Below, one piece after another: positions 19,691 to 29,460 of a stretch of DNA of 64,000 bases. A model generated the notes under the pieces. It was not told where the DNA came from and ran no database searches. It saw only the letters and a list, made by a program, of their open reading frames with translations. Position 1 is the first letter of the stretch, and the number at the start of each line of letters is the position of its first letter. The translations under genes and the position numbers were made by a program. Source of the stretch: Dehalococcoidia bacterium (GTDB taxonomy: Bacteria > Chloroflexota > Dehalococcoidia > SZUA-161 > SpSt-899); NCBI GenBank assembly GCA_034434815.1, contig DAOTYO010000059.1, forward strand, positions 3,082-67,081. The letters run 5' to 3'.

Positions 19691-20680
19691 GTGAAAAGGC
19701 TTCTCATGGCGTTGCTCGTTGCCCCGGCTCTATTGGTGGCGATCCCGCTGGCGGCATGTACCTCGTCTTCGGACTGCAGTGAGTGCGAGGCCGAGCGCGA
19801 TGCACTGAAGGATACCATTGCCCATCTTCAAAATGAGAGCACTGCTTTCGAAAATGATCGGGATGCTTTGGAGAGCGCCCTGGCCGCGGCAGAGGCCGAG
19901 CGCGATGCTCTCAGAGCAGAACTGGAAGAATCTCAGTCGAGATATATCGACGCCGCCGGCAGACTCGAGGAGCTCCAAACGGCCCACGAGAATCTACTGG
20001 CGGATCTCCAGTCCTCCGACTTGCGGAACCCCTCGTGGGAGGATCTCAAACGTTTCCTTAAAGAGGACCGCACGGATGCCCTCCAATACAAGCCCGGGGA
20101 ATTCGATTGTGAGGGATTTGCCATCAATCTCCGGGATGCCGCCGCAAGGCGCGGCTTCCGATCCGCCTTCGTGGCCATCGGTTTCGGAGAAGGCACGGTG
20201 GGCCATGCCCTCAATGCCTTTCAAACCACCGACCGCGGCCTCATTTACGTGGACGTGACCGAGCGGGATTCCATCGCGTATGTGGAGAAGGGCAAACCCT
20301 ACGGGACGATCGTATTGGAAGGGGTGAAGGCGACCTATATCGATTGTTCCGTTCGTCCGGAGGCCTTTTGGAAGCAACCTTTGGGTTACAAGCAATACGG
20401 GGGAAGCTTGTTCGCTTATGCGTACTATGAGGACTACTCCGCCCGTTGGGCTTTCTGTGATGCAAGTATCTCCGCTTACAATGCCGAAGTTCAAAGCTAC
20501 AACACCGCCGTGGAGGCGTTCAATTGGGGCATGGGGAGCTATTCATATGCGCAATTGACGGCATGGAGCGACCGACTCGAAGCATGGTCGGAGAATCTTT
20601 CTGCCCTCCAAGCCGATCTAGGGGGCGTACAGATCGCGTCCTTGGGAACGGTGGATACCATCGAGACCTACTGGAATTGA
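19691..20680 (+). CDS. Lipoprotein with coiled coil and transglutaminase/papain-like Cys-His domain
   Basis: Lipobox LAA-C, heptad-rich region, FDCEGFA...GHALNAF...YVD. Confidence 0.65.
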   Translation: MKRLLMALLVAPALLVAIPLAACTSSSDCSECEAERDALKDTIAHLQNESTAFENDRDALESALAAAEAERDALRAELEESQSRYIDAAGRLEELQTAHENLLADLQSSDLRNPSWEDLKRFLKEDRTDALQYKPGEFDCEGFAINLRDAAARRGFRSAFVAIGFGEGTVGHALNAFQTTDRGLIYVDVTERDSIAYVEKGKPYGTIVLEGVKATYIDCSVRPEAFWKQPLGYKQYGGSLFAYAYYEDYSARWAFCDASISAYNAEVQSYNTAVEAFNWGMGSYSYAQLTAWSDRLEAWSENLSALQADLGGVQIASLGTVDTIETYWN

Positions 20681-20683
20681 GTC

Positions 20684-21580
20684 TCAAGCATTCTGCGATT
20701 GGCCGAAAAGCGCTTCGCCGACCCTTTCGAGACGCCTCGTCCCCTTGATCTCGTAGGGGAAAAGGGGGACCTCGATTGTCGGGATGCCCTTTCCCCGGAT
20801 GAGCTCGATATACCGCTTTTGCTCGGCGCCCTTGGTCTTCAGGAAATCCGAATCGAGCGTTCGAATAACGTTGTTGATGATCACGCGGTTGAACGCAAAG
20901 CCATGCCGGGCAAATTCCGCGAACACGCCATCGAGCTGCCGGACGGCCAGCGCCTCCGGGATGGTCACAAGGTTGAACGCCACTTCGGACCTGAGGAATT
21001 CCATATCCTCGGCGGAAAGTTCCGACCATTCCTCCAGAATCTTCAGGATGGGGCGTTTGCTCCGCCCCCCGATTTTGAGGCGGGCATAGATCTTGGGGGC
21101 GGGCCTCAGGTGTTCGCGGAGCATCTCCGGCATGTTGAGGAGATGGATCGTCTGGCCGAGGGGGGCGGTATCCCATACGATCCGCTGATAGGCCCGGTTT
21201 TGGGTCAGCGTGCGGATGTAGTCCACCATGAACTCCTCTTGAAGCCCCGGGAGGATGGAGGTGATGAAATCCACGAACTCCGCATATTCGATCGAAACGA
21301 AGGACGAAAAGACCTCGTACACCTCCCGCCCGAATTTGGCGTCCCACATTGCCTTGACTTCCGCAAGGCCCAGCTCGGCGAGCCACAAATTCTCCTCGAC
21401 TTTGGCCGGCTTCTCCGTTGGAGCGATCTCGAAGATATCGCGGAGGGAAGGGGTGGGGTCGGTGGAGATGACGAGGGTTTTGAATCCTTTTCGCGCCCAG
21501 TGGAGGGCCGTGGCACCGGCACATGTGGTCTTACCTACTCCCCCCTTGCCGCCGAACATGAGGACGGGCTTCTCAATCAT
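20684..21580 (-). CDS. ArsA/GET3-family ATPase (single domain)
   Basis: GKGGVGKTT, STDP, WDTAPLG, VTIPE. Confidence 0.88.
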   Translation of the reverse strand: MIEKPVLMFGGKGGVGKTTCAGATALHWARKGFKTLVISTDPTPSLRDIFEIAPTEKPAKVEENLWLAELGLAEVKAMWDAKFGREVYEVFSSFVSIEYAEFVDFITSILPGLQEEFMVDYIRTLTQNRAYQRIVWDTAPLGQTIHLLNMPEMLREHLRPAPKIYARLKIGGRSKRPILKILEEWSELSAEDMEFLRSEVAFNLVTIPEALAVRQLDGVFAEFARHGFAFNRVIINNVIRTLDSDFLKTKGAEQKRYIELIRGKGIPTIEVPLFPYEIKGTRRLERVGEALFGQSQNA

Positions 21581-21653
21581 GAATTACGGCCTCCGGATTC
21601 GCTGACGCGCCTGTTCGTTTAGATGGTCACGTCCTCACCTAAACCCCGGGCTC

Positions 21654-22853
21654 TTATCCCGTCTTCACGATCCAATCGCAGTAGTGGCACCGGAAGGCCT
21701 TTGGAATACCGGGAACCCTGTAGAGCTTTGGGGTTACATGCTTCTCCCTGTTGGTCACGCAGCGTTCGTTGGGGCAGGAGGCATGCTCCGGGATGTTTCG
21801 AGCCGGCCTAGGGGTGGGTGTTCGGAGGCTTTCCCCGATCTTCGGCTCCACGACCCCCAGAACGAGGGCGATGAGCGCCATTCGGACCGGCACGCCGTAT
21901 CCGGCCTGCCGGAAATAGGCGGCGCGCTTGTCCTGATCCACTTCATAGGAAAGTTCGTTCACACGGGGCAAGGGATGCATGATGACGGCATCGCTGCGGG
22001 ATCCCGCAAGGAGAAACCGGTTGATCTGATAGCTTTTCTCATCGGCCTCGGTTGCCCCTTCCCGAACGGCAAACCGTTCCCGTTGCAATCGGGTGAAGTA
22101 CAGCACATCGAGGTTTCCCAATAAGAAATTGGCGAATCCCCTCTGCCGTCCTCTTTTACGATTGTCCTGGCCTTCCATCACCAGTGAGCCTTCTCCCAGA
22201 TCTTCGAGTGATTTGTACTCCGTCAGCTTGCATTTATATCCTTTGAGGATCTGCCGTACATGATCCGGCAACTCGAATCCCGGAGGGGCGATGCAGGTGA
22301 TCTCGGCGCCGAATCGGGCCAGAGCGACTGCCAGTGAGTGGACGGTGCGGCCATGCCTCAAATCCCCGCAGAGGGCCACATTCTTGCCCTTGATCCCTCC
22401 GGTTTCCTTGCGGATCGTGTAGAGATCCAGAAGGGTCTGGGTGGGGTGCTCGTGGGCGCCGTCGCCGCCGCTGATGAGGGGCACCGAAGAGTACTCGGAA
22501 GCAAGACGGGTGGAACCATCGAGCGGATGGCGCATGACGATCACATCGGCGTATTTCTCGAGGACTCGGATGGTATCGGCGATGGTCTCGCCCTTGGCCA
22601 CGGAGGAGGTCACCTGAGCTTCGGCGTGGCTCACCACCGTGCCCCCGAGCCGGTGCATGGCGGTCTCGAAGGAACTGCGGGTGCGGGTGCTGGGTTCATA
22701 GAAGAGGGTATAGAGCTCTTTGCCCTCGCAGAGGTCGAGCTTGCGCCGCTTCACGAGGGCCATATCCATCTCCTCGGCAAGTTCGAGAACGGCCTCGATC
22801 TCCTCGTTGGAGAAATCGTTGATCGTGATCAGATGCCTTCCCGCGAGGGTCAC
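21654..22853 (-). CDS. pyrB: Aspartate carbamoyltransferase catalytic chain with fused C-terminal PyrI-like Zn domain
   Basis: [35 protein letters not shown]; tail CPNERCVT...CHYC. Confidence 0.93.
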   Translation of the reverse strand: MTLAGRHLITINDFSNEEIEAVLELAEEMDMALVKRRKLDLCEGKELYTLFYEPSTRTRSSFETAMHRLGGTVVSHAEAQVTSSVAKGETIADTIRVLEKYADVIVMRHPLDGSTRLASEYSSVPLISGGDGAHEHPTQTLLDLYTIRKETGGIKGKNVALCGDLRHGRTVHSLAVALARFGAEITCIAPPGFELPDHVRQILKGYKCKLTEYKSLEDLGEGSLVMEGQDNRKRGRQRGFANFLLGNLDVLYFTRLQRERFAVREGATEADEKSYQINRFLLAGSRSDAVIMHPLPRVNELSYEVDQDKRAAYFRQAGYGVPVRMALIALVLGVVEPKIGESLRTPTPRPARNIPEHASCPNERCVTNREKHVTPKLYRVPGIPKAFRCHYCDWIVKTG

Positions 22854-23413
22854 TCCCGCCCCCCACCGGTTGATCCCTCAGCCCCGACGATGATCACCTC
22901 GTCCATTCCATCCACTTCTTTCAGGTGCACTTGAACCCTTTCGTTCCGCGCCGAGGGGACGTTCTTTCCGACGAAATCGGCCTTGATCGGCATCTCCCGA
23001 TGGCCCCGGTCGATGAGTACAGCCAAATGAACCGATTTGGGCCGCCCCCAGTCGATGAGGGCATCAATTGCAGCGCGGGCGCTGCGGCCGGTGAAGAGGA
23101 CATCATCCACCAGAATGACTCGCTTATCGGCGATGCGGGTGGGGATATCGCTGGGTTGCACCGTGAGGTCCCTGGGCAGGGAATCAAGGTCATCTCGATA
23201 AAGGGTGAAATCGAGCACGCCGACGGGGATCTCTCTCTGCTCGATCTGGCCGATGAGCGCCGCGAGGCGTTGTGCGAGGGGATATCCCCGCGTCCGCACT
23301 CCGATGAGAATCAGATCCCGGCAGTCATCATGGCAGCGCTCCACAATTTCATGCGCTAGGCGCTTCAGCATGCGGCTTATCTCCTGTTCGGAGAGGATCA
23401 CTCTCTCGGCCAT
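22850..23413 (-). CDS. pyrR: Bifunctional pyr regulator/uracil phosphoribosyltransferase
   Basis: [36 protein letters not shown]. Confidence 0.95.
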   Translation of the reverse strand: MAERVILSEQEISRMLKRLAHEIVERCHDDCRDLILIGVRTRGYPLAQRLAALIGQIEQREIPVGVLDFTLYRDDLDSLPRDLTVQPSDIPTRIADKRVILVDDVLFTGRSARAAIDALIDWGRPKSVHLAVLIDRGHREMPIKADFVGKNVPSARNERVQVHLKEVDGMDEVIIVGAEGSTGGGRE

Positions 23414-23497
23414 GAAAGCTCCCGCCTCCGCCGGTCCCGTCCGTTGCCGGCGGACCGCCAATCCTCAAGTGTGATTATAACAAGGGCGGCGGCCTTT

Positions 23498-24310
23498 TCA
23501 TACATGCCGCACCGGGATGCCTTTTGCGGCGAGGTAGGCCTTCACCTCCCGGATGGAGCACGTGCCGTAATGGAAGAGGCTTGCGGCGAGGACGGCATCC
23601 GCTTTGCCTTCCGTGATGGCTTCATAGAAATGCTCGAACCGCCCCGCCCCACCGCTGGCGATCACCGGCACATTCACCGCCTCGGAAACGGCCCGGGTGA
23701 GCTCGATATCGTACCCGTCCTGATGCCCATCGCAATCCATGCTCGTCAGAAGGATCTCCCCCGCACCCAGCCGCACCACTTCCCGGGCCCATTTCACGGC
23801 ATCGATCCCCGTGGGCCTGCGGCCGCCGTGCGTATAGACCTCCCATCGCGAATCCGCATCGAGCGCCAAGGGGCCCCCGTGGCCGGCGGCCGAGCGAATC
23901 GCGCCGGTCACGCGTTTAGCATCGATCGCCACCACGATGCACTGGCTCCCGAACTTGGTCGCCCCTTCCGCTACGATGTTCGGGCGGTGCACCGCCTCGG
24001 TGTTGATCGAGACCTTGTCCGCCCCCGCCTCGAGGATACGCCGCATATCCTGAATGGTGCGCAACCCGCCCCCCACGGTGAAGGGGATGAACACTTGCTG
24101 GGAGACCCGTTCCACGACGTTCACCATGATCTCGCGGGCATCGGAGGAGGCGGTGATATCGAGGAACACCAGCTCATCGGCCCCTTCCCGGTCGTAAAAG
24201 GCCGCCAGTTCCACCGGATCCCCGGCATCGCGCAGTTGCACGAAACTCACCCCCTTGACCACCCGGCCGCCCGTAACATCGAGGCAAGGAATGACGCGCT
24301 TTGTCAGCAT
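23498..24310 (-). CDS. hisF: Imidazole glycerol phosphate synthase, cyclase subunit
   Basis: [40 protein letters not shown]. Confidence 0.97.
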   Translation of the reverse strand: MLTKRVIPCLDVTGGRVVKGVSFVQLRDAGDPVELAAFYDREGADELVFLDITASSDAREIMVNVVERVSQQVFIPFTVGGGLRTIQDMRRILEAGADKVSINTEAVHRPNIVAEGATKFGSQCIVVAIDAKRVTGAIRSAAGHGGPLALDADSRWEVYTHGGRRPTGIDAVKWAREVVRLGAGEILLTSMDCDGHQDGYDIELTRAVSEAVNVPVIASGGAGRFEHFYEAITEGKADAVLAASLFHYGTCSIREVKAYLAAKGIPVRHV

Positions 24311-24322
24311 GATCGGTCGCCT

Positions 24323-24931
24323 TCACCCTAAGCTGAACTTGATGAAATTCTCGAGGAATCGGAGCCCCACATCGCCGCTCTTCTCCGGATGGAACTGCGT
24401 AGCAACGAGGTTTCCTTTCACCAGCACGCTGCAGAACGCGACCCCGTAATCGGTCTCCCCGGCCACCAGCGCGCGATCGAGAGGATCGGCATAATAGCTG
24501 TGAACGAAGTAGAAATCAGCCTCATCCGGGATGCCCTCGAAGATGGGATGCCGGATCTTCTGCTTCACCTGATTCCAGCCCATCTGGGGAACCTTCAAGC
24601 CCGGCGGAAGAAGGCGGACCGTCCCGGGGACGATGTTCAGGCAATCGCACCCGCCCCCTTCCTCTGAGAAAGTGAGGAGCACCTGAAGCCCTAGGCAGAT
24701 CCCCAAGAAAGGCCGGCCTTCGGTGATCACCCGTTTGATCGGTTCGATGAGCCCTAAATGTTGAAGGCTTGCCATGGTATCGCGGGCGGCCCCCACGCCC
24801 GGGAGGATCACCGCTCGGGCATTGGATACCCGTTCAGGGGCGCTCGTCACCTCTGCCGCATGACCCAGACGGGCCACGGCCTTGGCCACACTGCGCAGAT
24901 TTCCCGCACCGTAGTCGATGATCGCGATCAT
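24323..24931 (-). CDS. hisH: Imidazole glycerol phosphate synthase, glutaminase subunit
   Basis: IIDYGAGNLRSV, LGICLG, FYFVHSY, QFHPEKS. Confidence 0.97.
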   Translation of the reverse strand: MIAIIDYGAGNLRSVAKAVARLGHAAEVTSAPERVSNARAVILPGVGAARDTMASLQHLGLIEPIKRVITEGRPFLGICLGLQVLLTFSEEGGGCDCLNIVPGTVRLLPPGLKVPQMGWNQVKQKIRHPIFEGIPDEADFYFVHSYYADPLDRALVAGETDYGVAFCSVLVKGNLVATQFHPEKSGDVGLRFLENFIKFSLG

Positions 24932-25058
24932 GCTTGCTTTCATCCCTTGCCCTCTTGGGGATATGGGCGAGTTTCCCGCACCGGCACAGATTGTATTCTA
25001 GCATACACGGAATCATTCTTGCCCGTTGTTCCGGTAACCCGCCGCGCTTTTGGGGGTC

Positions 25059-25275
25059 GCCAAAAAGAGCGATTCCGCTTTGCAGTCTTCACCCTCGGGT
25101 GAATAACCATTAGCCCCTTATCCGGACTTTGTACCGGAATTCCTCCACCCCCCATGAACGAGCGGGCTTCTCCGATCCCACCCACCCGCCCAAAGGGTTT
25201 TCTTGGGGGGCACCCCCAATCCCCCCGGCTTAAGAGGTATCTTTTGCACTCTCTTTTTCAATTGCTCTTTTTGGG
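25059..25275 (+). mobile_element. MITE copy D
   Basis: TIRs GCCAAAAAGAGCGATT / AATTGCTCTTTTTGGG; internal TTCACCCTCGGGTGAA hairpin and G4 motif. Confidence 0.88.
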
Positions 25276-25289
25276 GGATTGTCCCCCGC

Positions 25290-25318
25290 TTGACGCTCAT
25301 CCGGCAAGATGCTATATT
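25290..25318 (+). promoter_or_regulatory. Sigma70-type promoter of tRNA(CAT)
   Basis: TTGACG-N17-TATATT. Confidence 0.7.
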
Positions 25319-25335
25319 GAAGCACGGCGAGTCGT

Positions 25336-25408
25336 GGCAGCGTAGCTCAGTTGGTAGAGCAGGGGACTCATAAGCCCTTGGTCGCTAGTTCAAGTCTAGC
25401 CGCTGCCA
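25336..25408 (+). tRNA. tRNA with CAT anticodon (elongator Met more likely than Ile2); CCA not encoded
   Basis: GGCAGCG...CGCTGCC acceptor stem, loop CTCATAA, GTTCAA T loop. Not initiator (no C1:A72 mismatch). Confidence 0.9.
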
Positions 25409-25459
25409 CTTTCCTTCCTCTTTCTCCGTCCGAACTGCTCTCCTGAAGAAGCAATCCCG

Positions 25460-25606
25460 CCTAGGGAGTTTGTTTTCCCACGAGGATCACCTTGTGCTCC
25501 GTGATGTTTGCCACGGTAGCTTCGCCGGAGGTTGTGGAGTATGAAGGGATAGGGACCCGCCGCCAACCCGCTACTCGCCGGAGGAGGCTTTCCCGATCCC
25601 TCTAGG
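25460..25606. ncRNA. Candidate structured RNA or repeat between tRNA and clpP
   Basis: Hairpins CACGAGG-ATCA-CCTTGTG and CCGTG-N8-CACGG, nested TAGC/GCTA and GGTTG/CAACC, direct repeat TCGCCGGAGG x2. Confidence 0.25.
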
Positions 25607-26195
25607 GGAGCTTTTGGAGGATCTGGTCGATCACACCGTATTCGAGGGCTTGTTTGGCATCGAGCCAGTAGTTCCGATCGCAATCCCTCTCGATTATTTC
25701 GATCGATTTTCCCGTCCGCTGGCTGATGATGGAGTAAAGCCGGGAACGGACTCGAAGCATCTCCTCGGCTTCGATCTGCAGATCTGTGGCCGGGCCGGTG
25801 ATATGGCCCGAGATGAGCGGTTGATGCAGAAGCACAGTGGCGTTGGGAAGCGCATAGCGCTTGCCTTTGGTGCCGCCCATGAGTAGCACTGCCCCCATGC
25901 TCGCTGCTAGCCCCACACAGTAAGTTCGGATATCGCAACTCACGAATTGCATGATATCGTATATCGCCAGGCCCGCTGTGACCGACCCGCCGAAGGAATT
26001 GATGTAGAAGTGAATATCGGACTTGGGATCCTCGCTGTGTAGGAAGAGCATCTGGGCGATGATGGAGTTGGCGGTCTCCTCCTCGATCGCCCCTCCCAGA
26101 AAGATGATGCGATTCTTGAGGAGCCGTGAATAGATATCGTAGGCGCGTGTGCCGGCCTCGGTCGTTTCGATGACGATGGGCGTTTCAAACTGCAT
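25602..26195 (-). CDS. clpP: ATP-dependent Clp protease proteolytic subunit
   Basis: [27 protein letters not shown] (Ser), HQP (His). Confidence 0.95.
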   Translation of the reverse strand: MQFETPIVIETTEAGTRAYDIYSRLLKNRIIFLGGAIEEETANSIIAQMLFLHSEDPKSDIHFYINSFGGSVTAGLAIYDIMQFVSCDIRTYCVGLAASMGAVLLMGGTKGKRYALPNATVLLHQPLISGHITGPATDLQIEAEEMLRVRSRLYSIISQRTGKSIEIIERDCDRNYWLDAKQALEYGVIDQILQKLP

Positions 26196-26206
26196 TCTCT
26201 ACCCCC

Positions 26207-26809
26207 TCATTTGGATTTGGCGGTGAGGATTTCATCGATCAGGCCCCATTCCTTTGCCTCTTCAGCGCTCATATAACGATCGCGTTCCGTTTCTTTCTGA
26301 ATCTTCTCGAGGCTCTGCCCCGTGTGTTTGGCCACGATCTCGTTGAGCATTTGCTTGGTCTTGATGATCTCTTCGGCCTGAATCTTGATATCCGCCGCTT
26401 GCCCGCCCAAGCCGCCGGTGGGCTGATGCAACATGATCTTGGCATGCGGCAGAGCATAGCGTTTGCCTTTGGTGCCGGCACACAGAATGATGGCGGCAAG
26501 GCTGGCCGTCATGCCCACGCAGATGGTGGATACCTCGCACCGGATGAATTGCATCGTATCATAGATGGCCATGCCGGCATGGACGTATCCACCGGGGCTG
26601 TGGATATAGAGGTGGATGTCCTTATCCGGGTCTTCCCGCTCGAGATAGAGGAGTTGCGCCACGATCAAGTTGGCGATTTGATCGTCGATCGGCGTGCCGA
26701 TGAAGATGATCCGTTCCTTGAGAAGGAGCGAGAATATGTCGAAAGCCCGTTCCCCCCGTGCCCCGCTTTCGATCACCATGGGAATGATATTTTGTGGCCG
26801 AAGGTCCAT
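26207..26809 (-). CDS. clpP: ATP-dependent Clp protease proteolytic subunit (second paralog)
   Basis: [26 protein letters not shown] (Ser), [13 protein letters not shown]. Confidence 0.95.
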   Translation of the reverse strand: MDLRPQNIIPMVIESGARGERAFDIFSLLLKERIIFIGTPIDDQIANLIVAQLLYLEREDPDKDIHLYIHSPGGYVHAGMAIYDTMQFIRCEVSTICVGMTASLAAIILCAGTKGKRYALPHAKIMLHQPTGGLGGQAADIKIQAEEIIKTKQMLNEIVAKHTGQSLEKIQKETERDRYMSAEEAKEWGLIDEILTAKSK

Positions 26810-26881
26810 ATGCTGCCTCCTTGTTCCTTTTTGCGGGCGATGGCAAGAGGATTCAGCAGTAACCCGATTCCCCGCCGGATT

Positions 26882-28213
26882 TTAAGTACCCTCGGCGGCC
26901 GGAGGGGGCTCCTCCGCCGGCGCCGAAGGCGAAGCGCTTCCGCTGCCCGTTGCGATCTCCACCAATCGGTCCAGTGTCTTCTGGGTGAGAAGCCGTCCGC
27001 GGAGGGAATCGCGGGCCACAGGGGATTTGAATATCTCTTTCACCCGCTCGCTGTGCTCCCCCGATTCCTTGATGATTCGCTCGATCTCGGCGTCGATATC
27101 CGCTTCCGATACTTGAATCCCTTCGACTTCATGCAGTTTGTTGAGCACCAGCGATCCGATCACCCGCTTCTCGGCGATGGGGCGGAGTTCCTCCTTGAAT
27201 TGCTCGGCGGTGATCTTTCTTATGCGGAGGTAATCATCGAATTTCATCCCACCGTAGCTTCTGAGCCGTTCCTCGGCCAGATGGACAATCTCGTTTTCCG
27301 TGAGAACCGCAGGGAATTCCACCTTGGAGATTTTGACGATCTCCTCCATGATCCGGGCCTCGAGATTCTCGCGGGCATCCCGTTCGGCGGCGGCCCGCAT
27401 GTTCTCCCGGATCCTTTCCTTCAGTTGCTCTACCGTTTCCACCCCTTCACTGACGCTTTTGGCGAACGCGTCGTTCACTTCGGGAAGGTGCTGTTCCTTG
27501 ATCTCCGATACCGTCACCTTGAAAGTGCAGTCCTTGCCCCTGAGTTCCGGGGTTTGATAGTCGTCGGGAAAGCGCAGGGTGAATTCCTTGGTTTGGCCCG
27601 GTTGCATTCCCTCAATCTGTTGGGCGAAGCCGATGACCGGCACGGTGGAATCGGCGGTGAGCTTGTATTGAGAGCCCTTCACGTGGATGATCTCTTTGCC
27701 CTCGACCTCGCCGGTGATATCGGCGATGACCATATCATCCATGCGGGCCTCATGATCGGCCGGTTCCCATGTGGAGTACAGACGGCGGAGACGTTCCAGT
27801 GCCTCCTGAATGTTCTCCTCCGTGATCTCCACTTTATCGGGGGTCACCCGGATGGAGCGGTAATCCCCGAGTTCGATCACCGGCCGCACCGGAACGGTGG
27901 CCTTGAAGATAGGGGGGTCGAGTTGGACGATCTTCAAATCGGGTTGCCCGATGGCATCGATGGCCTCTTGCTGAATCGCCCGATCGTAGAGTTCCGGCAC
28001 GAGATGATCGAGCGCTTCCGCATCGACGGTTTCCTTGCCGAGATGGCGCTCCAACATGGCGCGGGGGGCTTTCCCCTTGCGGAACCCCGGCACCGTCACT
28101 CGATTGGCCAGCCGCCGGTAGGCTCCTTCCACCGCTTTGGACATCTCCTCCGGCTCGATCTCAACGGTGAGGGCCACTTGGCACCCTTCAATTCTTTCCG
28201 AAGTGACTTTCAA
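26882..28213 (-). CDS. tig: Trigger factor
   Basis: VPGFRKGKAP ribosome-binding motif, FKBP-like middle domain; position upstream of clpP. Confidence 0.95.
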   Translation of the reverse strand: MKVTSERIEGCQVALTVEIEPEEMSKAVEGAYRRLANRVTVPGFRKGKAPRAMLERHLGKETVDAEALDHLVPELYDRAIQQEAIDAIGQPDLKIVQLDPPIFKATVPVRPVIELGDYRSIRVTPDKVEITEENIQEALERLRRLYSTWEPADHEARMDDMVIADITGEVEGKEIIHVKGSQYKLTADSTVPVIGFAQQIEGMQPGQTKEFTLRFPDDYQTPELRGKDCTFKVTVSEIKEQHLPEVNDAFAKSVSEGVETVEQLKERIRENMRAAAERDARENLEARIMEEIVKISKVEFPAVLTENEIVHLAEERLRSYGGMKFDDYLRIRKITAEQFKEELRPIAEKRVIGSLVLNKLHEVEGIQVSEADIDAEIERIIKESGEHSERVKEIFKSPVARDSLRGRLLTQKTLDRLVEIATGSGSASPSAPAEEPPPAAEGT

Positions 28214-28283
28214 CGAAAACCTCCTCAGAGTAGCCTATCTATTATAACAGTGAACCTCAGAGGGTTAAAGTCCACATGTGTGG

Positions 28284-28495
28284 GCCCAAAGCGCGATTCA
28301 GTTTTGCATCCTTCACCCTCGGGTGAAAAACCATTAACGACTCATCCGGACTTTGTACCGGAATTCCCCCATCCCCCATGAACGATCCGGCTTCTCCGAT
28401 CCCCCCATCCGCCCAAAGGATTTTTGGGGGATATCCCCCAAATCCCCCCGAGAGAGGTATCTTGGGCACGCTCTTCTTCAATCGCTCTTTTTGGG
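28284..28495 (+). mobile_element. MITE copy E
   Basis: Ends GCCCAAAGCGCGATT / AATCGCTCTTTTTGGG; near-TSD TGTGG / TATGG. Confidence 0.85.
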
Positions 28496-28527
28496 TATGG
28501 TTGCTCGACGTCGATCCCGGCGTGCCG

Positions 28528-29307
28528 TCAATTTCTCAATCCCGCGGAGATTTTCAGTGCCCCGACGGGGCATTTCTCCACGCATCGGGCGCACTGGGTG
28601 CAGTCGGTCCCGTTGCCGATATCCTCTACTTTCCCGATCCCGCCCGGGCATGATTTCAGGCAGTTCTGGCATTCCGTACATCTCGACCGATCCAACCGGA
28701 TCTTAACCAGACCGGTGCGGTTGAACGCCCCCAGTATCGCCCCGAGCGGACAAAGGTACCGGCACCAGAAGCGGGCGAAGAGAAAGACGAGGATGAGCGT
28801 AACGGCAAGGGTCGCGATGTGGACGTAGAAGAATGTGCCGAACGGGAATTCCGGGGAAGCGAAGCGATGGGGAATAGAGGCGAAGATGCTTCCTCCCGGG
28901 CAGACCTTGCAAAAGGCGGAATCGGTCAGAAGCCATGCCGCGATGAGGATTCCGCCGAGTGAAAGGTATTTGGTGAGCGGCACCGGCGGGAGTTTGGCAG
29001 CGTCGTTGCGGCGGATGCGGGCCACCAAATCCTGAATAGCTCCGAAAGGGCATGCCCAGCCGCACCATCCCCGCCCCACGGCCAGCCCCGCCAGCCCCAA
29101 TGTTCCCAGCGCATAGAACGGGAAGGCGCCCAGCGCGGTGTAGTTCTGGAGCACTCCTATCGGGCAGGCCACGCTTGCCCACGGGCAGCCGTAACAGAAG
29201 AAGACCGGACAAACGATGCCCGATTTCAAGACCTGTGTGAAACCCAGATTGACGATGATCAGGGTCAGGAATTGGGTGAGAAGCCTTGCTCGACCGATGG
29301 TGATCAA
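28528..29307 (-). CDS. Membrane 4Fe-4S protein (NapH/MauN-like)
   Basis: CYGCP..ACP, WCGWACPFG, FCKVCP, WCRYLCPLG, two CxxCxxCxxxCP motifs; TTG start. Confidence 0.88.
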   Translation of the reverse strand: MITIGRARLLTQFLTLIIVNLGFTQVLKSGIVCPVFFCYGCPWASVACPIGVLQNYTALGAFPFYALGTLGLAGLAVGRGWCGWACPFGAIQDLVARIRRNDAAKLPPVPLTKYLSLGGILIAAWLLTDSAFCKVCPGGSIFASIPHRFASPEFPFGTFFYVHIATLAVTLILVFLFARFWCRYLCPLGAILGAFNRTGLVKIRLDRSRCTECQNCLKSCPGGIGKVEDIGNGTDCTQCARCVEKCPVGALKISAGLRN

Positions 29308-29447
29308 TCGCCCAACCCCAGGCAGTTGATGCAGATGAAGCGGACCATGTCCCGAACCGCCCCGTATTGATCGGCGAGATAGGCGCCCAAGATCCCGGAA
29401 AAGGTGAGGATCAGGGTCAGCCGCACGATCGGCAGAAATTTTCCCAT
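29304..29447 (-). CDS. Small membrane peptide with C-terminal CxxC (CD1871A-like)
   Basis: MGKFLPIVRLTLILTFSGILGAYLADQYGAVRDMVRFICINCLGLGD; stop overlaps the next start. Confidence 0.7.
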   Translation of the reverse strand: MGKFLPIVRLTLILTFSGILGAYLADQYGAVRDMVRFICINCLGLGD

Positions 29448-29460
29448 CGAATGCCGCCGC

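Noticed and set aside
20684-21580. Arsenic resistance operon
   Set aside because: No arsB/acr3/arsC/arsR nearby and no clear metalloid-binding Cys set; treated as a generic ArsA/GET3 ATPase.
23414-23497. PyrR attenuator upstream of pyrR-pyrB
   Set aside because: A GC hairpin is present, but there is no AGUCCAGAGAGGC-type binding loop or U-tract terminator.
26324-28381. 685-aa antisense ORF and other long shadow ORFs (e.g. 13132-14568, 50640-51782, 57910-59253)
   Set aside because: They lie opposite well-supported genes, as is common in high-GC DNA, and have no motifs.
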